Assembly: GCA_964242665.1 (NCBI GenBank)
Contig: CAXTBA010000014.1
Coordinates: 7,885 to 71,884, forward strand
Direction of reading: 5' to 3'
Length of the DNA stretch: 64,000 bases
Source of the DNA: an uncultured Hymenobacter sp.
GTDB taxonomy: Bacteria; Bacteroidota; Bacteroidia; Cytophagales; Hymenobacteraceae
In this document: positions 56,995 through 64,000 of the stretch, one piece after another
Layout: every line of letters starts with the position of its first letter
Numbering within the stretch: position 1 is the first letter of the stretch
Translations under genes and position numbers: made by a program
Notes under the pieces: generated by a model
Seen by the model: the letters and a program-made list of their open reading frames with translations, nothing else
Database searches by the model: none
What the model was told of the DNA's origin: nothing

Positions 56995-58557
56995 ATGTCG
57001 TCCCGTTCCGTTCGCGCCGCCCTGTTATCCGTCTACCACAAAGACCGCCTGGGGCCCTTGGTGCAGGTGCTGCGCCAGCACGGCGTGACGCTGTACTCGA
57101 CGGGCGGTACCCAGCAATTCCTGGAAAGCGAAGGGGCCGCCGTCACCGCCGTGGAGGACCTGACCGGTTTCCCCGAGGTGTTCGGAGGCCGGGTGAAGAC
57201 GCTGCACCCCAAGGTTTTCGGCGGGATTTTGCACCGCCGCCACGAGCCCGGCGACCTGGCCCAGGCCGCGCAGCACGGCATCCCGCCCATCGACTTGGTG
57301 GTGGTCGATTTGTACCCGTTCGAAGAAACCGTGGCCAGCGGCGCGGCCGAAGGCGAAATCATCGAAAAAATTGACATCGGCGGCATAGCCCTGCTACGCG
57401 CCGCCGCCAAAAACTACCGCGATGTGTTGGTAGTCAGCAGCCGAGACCAGTACGCCGCCGTGACCGAGCTGCTGGCCGCCAAAAACGGTACCACTGACTT
57501 GGAAGACCGCCGCTACTACGCCGCCGCAGCTTTCGCCACTACCAGCCACTACGATACCGAGATTTTCAAATACGTTAGCCAGGGCGCAGGTTTGGAAAGA
57601 ATTAAAAATGAAGAATTAAAAATTAAAAATTCATCTGCCGAAAGCCAAGCACCAAGTACCCCGTTGCGCTACGGCGAGAACCCCCACCAAAGCGGTACTT
57701 TTTACGGCGACCTAGGGGCCCTGTTCGACCAGTTGCATGGCAAGCAGCTGAGCTACAATAATTTGGTTGATGTCGATGCCGCTGTGGCCCTGATGGCCGA
57801 GTTTGCCGCCGGGGCCCCCGCCTGCGCCATCCTCAAGCACACCAATGCGTGCGGCGTGGCCCAGGCCGGCACCCTGCATGGCGCCTACCTGCACGCCCTG
57901 GCCTGCGACCCGGTGTCGGCTTTCGGCGGCGTCATCATCGTTAATAAAGAAGTGGACGCGGCCACGGCCGCCGAACTGAGCCAACTGTTCTTTGAAGTGC
58001 TCATCGCCCCTAGCTTCGCGTCCGACGCGCTGCCGCTGCTGCAAAGCAAGAAAAACCGCATCCTGCTGCGCCAAAAGCCGGTCGAGTTCCCCGCCAAGCA
58101 AGTAAAAACCTTGCTCAACGGTATCATCGAGCAGGACGCCGACCGCCAGACCGAAACCGCCGCCGATTTCCGCGTTGTCACGCAGTCGGCCCCCACGGCC
58201 GAGGAAGTGGAGGCCCTGGTGTTCGCCGGCAAAATCTGCAAGCACACCAAGAGCAATACCATCGTGCTGGCCCGCGCCGGCCAGCTGCTGGCCTCGGGCG
58301 TGGGCCAAACCTCGCGCGTGGACGCCCTGCGCCAAGCCATCGAAAAAGCCCGTGCTTTCGGCTTCGACCTGCACGGCGCGGTGATGGCCTCGGATGCGTT
58401 TTTCCCGTTCCCCGACTGCGTGGAGATTGCCGGCGACGCCGGCATCCGGGCCGTGGTGCAGCCCGGCGGCTCTATCAAGGACGCCGACAGCGTCCGGGCC
58501 TGCGACGAGCGCGGCATGGCCATGGTACTGACCGGTGTGCGGCATTTTAAGCATTAA
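56995..58557 (+). CDS. purH: Bifunctional AICAR transformylase / IMP cyclohydrolase
   Basis: STGGT, GRVKTLHP, IDIGG, LRYGENPHQ, KHTNACG, SDAFFPF, RHFKH. Confidence 0.97.
   Translation: MSSRSVRAALLSVYHKDRLGPLVQVLRQHGVTLYSTGGTQQFLESEGAAVTAVEDLTGFPEVFGGRVKTLHPKVFGGILHRRHEPGDLAQAAQHGIPPIDLVVVDLYPFEETVASGAAEGEIIEKIDIGGIALLRAAAKNYRDVLVVSSRDQYAAVTELLAAKNGTTDLEDRRYYAAAAFATTSHYDTEIFKYVSQGAGLERIKNEELKIKNSSAESQAPSTPLRYGENPHQSGTFYGDLGALFDQLHGKQLSYNNLVDVDAAVALMAEFAAGAPACAILKHTNACGVAQAGTLHGAYLHALACDPVSAFGGVIIVNKEVDAATAAELSQLFFEVLIAPSFASDALPLLQSKKNRILLRQKPVEFPAKQVKTLLNGIIEQDADRQTETAADFRVVTQSAPTAEEVEALVFAGKICKHTKSNTIVLARAGQLLASGVGQTSRVDALRQAIEKARAFGFDLHGAVMASDAFFPFPDCVEIAGDAGIRAVVQPGGSIKDADSVRACDERGMAMVLTGVRHFKH
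57599..57633 (+). repeat. Heptamer arm in frame within purH
   Basis: GAATTAA AAATGAA GAATTAA AAATTAA AAATTCA; 24 nt identical to 48154-48177. Confidence 0.88.
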
Positions 58558-58680
58558 AGAAGGCCGGGCGAGCCTGTAAAACGGAGCGCCGTTCCCGTCA
58601 GATGCCGTAACGGATTACCAATCTGCTTGATGCTCCGGGTCTTGGGAGCCGGCAAGCCGTTGCTATTGCATTATCAGCCC

Positions 58681-58842
58681 ATGAAAATTGCCATTGCCGT
58701 CGGGTACGCCTTCTTAGTCATCGGAATCTTGATTCGCGTGTTCGTTCCCGGGCTGGGCGTGCTGGGCGTAATCTTTGCGGCGGTGGGCGGTTTGACGGCA
58801 GCGGCCGCAACCGTGACGGCCGCAGGCAAGCGCAGGCGGTAG
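58681..58842 (+). CDS. Small two-TM membrane protein
   Basis: 53 aa, two hydrophobic helices, basic KRRR tail. Confidence 0.55.
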   Translation: MKIAIAVGYAFLVIGILIRVFVPGLGVLGVIFAAVGGLTAAAATVTAAGKRRR

Positions 58843-59006
58843 GCGGCGCAGCGTTTGGTTCTTTCGGTACAGTGTTGCGGAAGCCCAAATACTAGTGGCC
58901 TGCGCCCCGTCGTTAAGCGCTGAGAACTGCCAGCGCTGGTATTTACGGCACTAAGCGGAGGATAAACAGGACGAAAATGAGGGCCCTTATCCGCCCATAA
59001 CTTCCG

Positions 59007-59014
59007 TACCTTTG
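59007..59014 (+). promoter_or_regulatory. -7 element for the mre operon
   Basis: TACCTTTG 55 bp upstream of the mreB ATG. Confidence 0.55.
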
Positions 59015-59068
59015 CCCATTATTCTTGCGTGGCCCCGATTGTTGCGCTGCTATTTCGATTCTAACTCA

Positions 59069-60094
59069 ATGGGTTTCTTTAACTTCCTGACCAGCGACAT
59101 CGCCATTGACCTAGGCACGGCCAACACGCTCATCATCCACAACGACAAAATCGTGGTCGACGAGCCGAGCATCATCGCCAAAGACCGCACCACCAACAAA
59201 ATCATCGCCGTGGGCCGCCAAGCTCAGCAGATGCACGAGAAAACCCACGACAACATCAAAACCATTCGCCCGCTCAAAGACGGCGTGATTGCCGACTTCC
59301 ACGCCGCGGAGGAGATGATTAAGGGGCTGATTAAGATGATTGACACGCGCAAGCGGCTGTTCCAGCCCTCGCACCGCATGGTCATCTGCATTCCGTCGGG
59401 CATCACGGAAGTGGAGAAACGCGCCGTGCGCGACTCCGCCGAGCACGCCGGGGCTAAGGAAGTCTGGATGATTCAGGAGCCGATGGCCGCCGCCATCGGC
59501 ATCGGCATCGACGTGCAGCAGCCGGTGGGCTCAATGATTATCGACATCGGGGGTGGCACCACCGAGATTGCTGTGATTGCCTTATCGGGCATCGTGTGCG
59601 ACCAAAGTATCAAAACGGCAGGCGACGTTTTCAACCAGGATATTCTAGACTATATGCGTCGGCAGCACAACCTGCTCATCGGCGAGCGCTCGGCCGAGCG
59701 CATCAAGATCGAAGTGGGGGCCGCGCTTACCGAGCTGGACGTGCCGCCGCCCGACCACGAAGTGCGCGGCCGCGACCTGATGACGGGCATCCCGAAGGTG
59801 ATCAAAGTGACGTTTTCGGAAATTGCCATCGCACTCGACAAGTCGGTGGCCAAAATTGAAGAAGCCGTGCTGAAGGCCCTGGAAATCTCGCCGCCCGAGC
59901 TGTCGGCCGACATTTACGAGCACGGCATCCACCTCACCGGCGGGGGGGCCCTGCTGCGCGGGCTCGACAAGCGCCTAGCGGCCAAAACCAAGCTGCCCAT
60001 CCACATCGCCGAAGACCCGCTGCGCGCCGTGGTGCTCGGCACCGGCAAGGCCATTAAAGACATCCAGGCCTACAAAGGTGTGTTGATGACCTAG
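59069..60094 (+). CDS. mreB: Rod shape-determining protein MreB
   Basis: IDLGTANT, EPMAAAIG, DIGGGTTE, LTGGGALL. Confidence 0.97.
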   Translation: MGFFNFLTSDIAIDLGTANTLIIHNDKIVVDEPSIIAKDRTTNKIIAVGRQAQQMHEKTHDNIKTIRPLKDGVIADFHAAEEMIKGLIKMIDTRKRLFQPSHRMVICIPSGITEVEKRAVRDSAEHAGAKEVWMIQEPMAAAIGIGIDVQQPVGSMIIDIGGGTTEIAVIALSGIVCDQSIKTAGDVFNQDILDYMRRQHNLLIGERSAERIKIEVGAALTELDVPPPDHEVRGRDLMTGIPKVIKVTFSEIAIALDKSVAKIEEAVLKALEISPPELSADIYEHGIHLTGGGALLRGLDKRLAAKTKLPIHIAEDPLRAVVLGTGKAIKDIQAYKGVLMT

Positions 60095-60096
60095 AT

Positions 60097-60210
60097 CATT
60101 TATCAATTAACATTTAACAATCGTCACTCATCATTTTCTATGCTTGCCGTGTCCAAGTGCTTGGTTAATTGGGAACAGCGAGGTGTTAAATGTTAATTGA
60201 TAAATGTTAA
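60097..60210. repeat. Heptamer inverted repeat (CATTTAA type) between mreB and mreC
   Basis: Perfect 23-bp arms 60097-60119 and 60184-60206. Confidence 0.9.
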
Positions 60211-61149
60211 ATGAAAAATCTGCTGCTTTTTCTGGCGCGATTCCAGGGGTTGCTGGTATTTAGTATTCTGGAAACCATCAGCCTGTACTTGTTCGTGACC
60301 AGTAGCTCGTATCAGCGGGCCGCGTTTTTCAACTCGGCCAACGCCTACGCCGGCGCGGTGCTGGCCCGCCGCACCGAAGTGCTCGATTATTTCCATCTGG
60401 GGGCCCTGAACCAGCAGCTGCTGGCCGAAAACGCCCGCCTTCGCCAGCAGCTCTACCCACCCGATCAAAGCCAGCGCGCGGCCGACTCCGTGGCCGTGCC
60501 GCCGGCCCCCGGCGACTCGCTGCACCGCGTGCGCTACCAGCGGCCGGCCCAGCGGCCCGACACACTGCTACTGGCCCAGCGCCGCCTGGCTGCCCACGAC
60601 CCCGACTACCCCCTCATCCCGGCGCGGGTGATCAATAATTCGTTGCGCAGCGTCGATAACTACTTCACCCTGAACGTGGGCCTGGCCGATGGCGTGCGCC
60701 CCGGCCTGGGCGTGCTGGCGGCGGCCGGGGTGGTGGGCCGCATCAAGGCCGCCACCGCCCACTACGCCACCGGCACCAGTTTGCTGCACTCCAAAACCAT
60801 CGTGTCGGCCAAAATCAAGCGCGACGGCACGGTGGGCAGCGTGCATTGGCCCGGCGACGACCCCACCCAGGGCCTGCTCGACGACATTCCGCGCCAGAAC
60901 AAGCTGGTGGTGGGCGACACCGTGGTGACGTCGGGCTACAACGCCATTTTCCCGGAGGGCGTATTCATCGGCACCGTGGCCTCGTTCGTGAAAGAGCCCG
61001 ACAAAAACTTCTGGACGGTGCGCTTGCGGCTGGGGGTTGATTTTAGCAGCCTGACCTACGTGTACGTGGTGACGAGCCGCTCGCGGGCCGAGCGTGACAC
61101 CGTGGAGGCCCGCGCCCTGCCGCCGGCCGGAAAGGGAGGGCGGCGATGA
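60211..61149 (+). CDS. mreC: Rod shape-determining protein MreC
   Basis: N-terminal TM, ENARLR, GVVGRI, VVTSG, FPEG; operon position. Confidence 0.93.
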   Translation: MKNLLLFLARFQGLLVFSILETISLYLFVTSSSYQRAAFFNSANAYAGAVLARRTEVLDYFHLGALNQQLLAENARLRQQLYPPDQSQRAADSVAVPPAPGDSLHRVRYQRPAQRPDTLLLAQRRLAAHDPDYPLIPARVINNSLRSVDNYFTLNVGLADGVRPGLGVLAAAGVVGRIKAATAHYATGTSLLHSKTIVSAKIKRDGTVGSVHWPGDDPTQGLLDDIPRQNKLVVGDTVVTSGYNAIFPEGVFIGTVASFVKEPDKNFWTVRLRLGVDFSSLTYVYVVTSRSRAERDTVEARALPPAGKGGRR

Positions 61150-61673
61150 GGGGCCTGAGCTTATTACTGGGGCAGGCGCTGCGCTACGTCCTCTACGTGC
61201 TGATACACGTGTTCATCGTCAGCCGGTTGGTGCTGTTCGACACTGGCTGGTGTTTCTACTATCTTGGGTTTGTGCTGTTTCTGCCCATCGGCACGCCCCT
61301 GGTGGTGCAGCTGCTGCTGGGTTTCGGCATGGGCCTGACAATGGACATTTTCTACGACACCGGGGGCCTGCACGCGGCGGCGGCGGTGCTGCTGGCCTTT
61401 GTGCGGCCGGCGGTGCTGCGCCTGCTGCGCCCCCGCGACGGCTACGACGCCGCCGACGCCGTGAACGTGCATGACATGGGCCCCGCGTGGTTTTTGACTT
61501 ACTTGGGTACCCTGGTGCTGGTGCACCATTTGGCGTTTTTTTTGTTGGAACTGGGCAGCTTCCGGCACTTCGGGCTCACGCTGGAGAAGGTGGCCGTGAG
61601 TTGGGCGTTTACGAGCACGGCGCTGCTGATTGTGCAGCTGCTGTTTTTCCCGGTGCGCCGCAGCCGGCAATAG
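61146..61673 (+). CDS. mreD: Rod shape-determining protein MreD
   Basis: Hydrophobic; GLTMDIFYDTGGLHA; overlaps the mreC stop. Confidence 0.88.
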   Translation: MRGLSLLLGQALRYVLYVLIHVFIVSRLVLFDTGWCFYYLGFVLFLPIGTPLVVQLLLGFGMGLTMDIFYDTGGLHAAAAVLLAFVRPAVLRLLRPRDGYDAADAVNVHDMGPAWFLTYLGTLVLVHHLAFFLLELGSFRHFGLTLEKVAVSWAFTSTALLIVQLLFFPVRRSRQ

Positions 61674-61795
61674 GGCCCGGGGCGGGCGGCCGGCTTTTGC
61701 GCCGGCCGCCCGCTAATCGTTGCGACGTTTTACTTGCCGCGTGGGGCCCCGCCGATTATTAGGCGGCCGGCCCAGTTCGGTTGTAGCTTTATATT

Positions 61796-63631
61796 ATGCA
61801 ATACCTGGAAGGCCGGCGGTACGTGGTACAAGGCATCTTTTTGCTCGTAGGAATAGTGTTTGCCACGCGGCTGTTTTACATGCAGGTGCTCGACGGCACT
61901 TACAAGCTGGCGGCCGATAAAAACACGCTGCAACGCTTGGTGCAGGTGCCCTACCGCGGCTCGGTTTACGACCGCAAAGGCCAGCTGCTCGTCACCAACA
62001 CGCCCGTGTACGACCTGGTGGTGGTGCCCCGCGAAGTGAAGCAGCTCGACTCGGTTCGCTTCTGCCAGCTGCTGCAAATTCCGTTGGAGAGCTTGCGCGA
62101 AGGCTTGCAGGCGGCCAAAAAATACTCGCGCACCAAGCCCTCGCCGCTGGTGCAAAACCTGAGCACGGCCGAGCTGGCCGCTATTCAGGACAATTTGATT
62201 GACTTTCCGGGCTTCCGCACCCAGGTGCGCATGGCGCGGGCCTACCACACGCCCAATTTGGCCCACGCCCTGGGCTACGTGGGCTCCATCACGCCCAAGC
62301 TGCTGGAGCTGCCCAAGTACGCCCGCTACGTGCCGGGCGAAAACGTGGGCATCGCAGGCCTGGAGTCGTACTACGAGCCCACGCTGATGGGCCGCCGCGG
62401 CGTGCAGTACAAGATGGTGAACGTGCGGGGCGTGGAGAAAGGCGCGTTCCGCGGCGGCGAGTTCGATACGCTTTCGGTGGCCGGGCAGGACTTGCACCTG
62501 AGCATTGACGCCGAGCTGCAAGCCTACGGCGAAGAGCTGCTGGCCGGGCGGCGCGGTTCCATCGTGGCCATCGACCCCAAGACCGGCGAAATCCTGGCCT
62601 TCGTGTCGGCCCCGCACTACGAGCCCCAGATGCTGACCGGCAAAGGCATGGGCAACCGCTATATGAGCTTGCTGCGCAACCCCGACCGGCCGCTGTTCGA
62701 CCGGCCCCTGATGGCCACTTACCCGCCCGGCTCGGTGTTCAAGCTGGTGAACGAGCTGGTGGCGTTGCAGTTGGGCGTCGTCACGCCCGGTACCGGCTTC
62801 GCGTGCGACCAGCGGCTGGTGCACTGCACCCACCAGCACGAGTACCCGGCCAACGTGAGCATCGCCATCAAAAACAGTTGCAACCCGTATTTCTACCAGG
62901 TGATGCGGGCGGCGGTGCTGCGCGGGCAGTCGCCCAACAAGTTTGAGGACGCCCGCCTGGGCCTGGGCCAGTGGCAGAAAATGGTGAAATCGTTCGGCTT
63001 GGGCGAGAAGCTGGGCGTGGACATGAGCCAGGAAAAGCGGGGCCTCATCCCGTCGCCCGAGTTCTACGACAAGCTGCGCGGCTACCACCACTGGAACTTC
63101 AAAACCGTGTACTCGCTGGCCATCGGGCAGGGCGAAATCGGCATCACGGGCCTGCAAATGGCCAACGTGCTGGCCACCATCGCCAACCACGGCTACTATT
63201 ACACGCCGCACTTCGTGAAGAGCATCGGCAACGCGGGGCCCCTGCCGCAGTACCGCGAGCGGCACTATACCGCCGTGGATACTGCCTACTTTAAGTACAT
63301 CATCCCCGGGATGCAGGAAGTGGTGGACGGCCGCGGCGGCACGGGTAGCTTGGCTTCGCTGCGCGAATTCGGCATTTCAGTGGCCGGCAAAACCGGCACC
63401 GTGCAAAATCCCCACGGCTACGACCACGCCACTTTCGCCGCTTTCGCCCCGGCCAACGACCCCAAAATCGCCATCGCCGTGTTCATCGAGAACAGCGGCT
63501 TCGGCGGCAGCAGCGCCGCCCCCGCCGCCGGCCTGATGATCGAAAAGTACCTGCGCGGCCACGTGGTGGGCTACCACAAGCGCATGGAAGACTGGATCAA
63601 GTACGGTAATCTCACCGTGCACCTGCACTAG
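61796..63631 (+). CDS. mrdA: Penicillin-binding protein 2
   Basis: SVFK (SxxK), SCN (SxN), KTG motifs; downstream of mreD. Confidence 0.95.
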   Translation: MQYLEGRRYVVQGIFLLVGIVFATRLFYMQVLDGTYKLAADKNTLQRLVQVPYRGSVYDRKGQLLVTNTPVYDLVVVPREVKQLDSVRFCQLLQIPLESLREGLQAAKKYSRTKPSPLVQNLSTAELAAIQDNLIDFPGFRTQVRMARAYHTPNLAHALGYVGSITPKLLELPKYARYVPGENVGIAGLESYYEPTLMGRRGVQYKMVNVRGVEKGAFRGGEFDTLSVAGQDLHLSIDAELQAYGEELLAGRRGSIVAIDPKTGEILAFVSAPHYEPQMLTGKGMGNRYMSLLRNPDRPLFDRPLMATYPPGSVFKLVNELVALQLGVVTPGTGFACDQRLVHCTHQHEYPANVSIAIKNSCNPYFYQVMRAAVLRGQSPNKFEDARLGLGQWQKMVKSFGLGEKLGVDMSQEKRGLIPSPEFYDKLRGYHHWNFKTVYSLAIGQGEIGITGLQMANVLATIANHGYYYTPHFVKSIGNAGPLPQYRERHYTAVDTAYFKYIIPGMQEVVDGRGGTGSLASLREFGISVAGKTGTVQNPHGYDHATFAAFAPANDPKIAIAVFIENSGFGGSSAAPAAGLMIEKYLRGHVVGYHKRMEDWIKYGNLTVHLH

Positions 63632-63870
63632 CAGGGCCCTCAGCGCAGCAGTCCGCGCCAGGCCATGCGGCCGGAAGCGTCGCCCCGGCTAAAAGTTTGG
63701 GACGAATTCTGTTCGGAAACCGCGGGCAGTCGTATTCTTTGCCGCGGGCTGTGCCCAGTCACAACCGCACGCGCACAGCGCAGAAGCTTGGTTGAATTCG
63801 CGACGCATTTTGCGAATCAGTTCCGACTGTTTTGGTCCGGGCAATTCCACTATTTTTCTGTGTTTTAATC

Positions 63871-64000
63871 ATGGCTGCTGCCCCGTCGCCTACCGCTTTT
63901 TTATTGCCCGACGACGTATTCCGGGCCCTGGCCGACGTGTCGCTGAACGCGCTTGCTCTGTTGCGCCCGTGCTACGGGCCCGGCGGCGAGCTGGGAGACT
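63871..64000 (+). CDS. 5' end of a probable PAS-domain sensor protein (partial)
   Basis: MAAAPSPTAFLLPDDVFRALADVSLNALALLRPCYGPGGELGD, open to the window end; resembles a PAS N-terminus. Confidence 0.5.
   Translation, partial: MAAAPSPTAFLLPDDVFRALADVSLNALALLRPCYGPGGELGD

Overview
GC-rich Bacteroidota chromosomal window. Gene content, TAnnTTTG promoters and T9SS genes point to Cytophagales, most likely Hymenobacter-like; this is inference. It is mostly housekeeping: recO tail, three FKBP PPIases, nrnA, ndk, a CNT transporter, an OYE reductase, sodA, tadA, aspS, nuoA-J, pruA, ndh, porU/porV, pssA, ccmBCDE/F, fdx-iscX, a cold-shock gene, purH, and mreBCD-mrdA. No tRNA, rRNA, CRISPR or intact transposase was seen. 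Notable items: (1) a dispersed family of AT-rich inverted repeats built from 7-bp tandem units, located in gene junctions, with a different heptamer at different loci, a concerted A/G swap between two copies, and one arm translated in frame inside purH; (2) a glycosyltransferase / NodS-like methyltransferase / PIG-L deacetylase / acyl-CoA-dehydrogenase-like quartet of unknown product, preceded by a perfect 19-bp direct repeat; (3) a nuo operon that terminates after nuoJ and carries a coiled-coil ORF between nuoE and nuoF; (4) a small decaying island after aspS (AT-rich orphan, frameshifted nucleotidyltransferase pair, amber-interrupted ORF); (5) an amber-interrupted secreted Cys-rich gene inside the ccm locus; (6) apparent over-iteration of GGGCCC. 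All annotations come from motif recognition by eye; no database searches were run.
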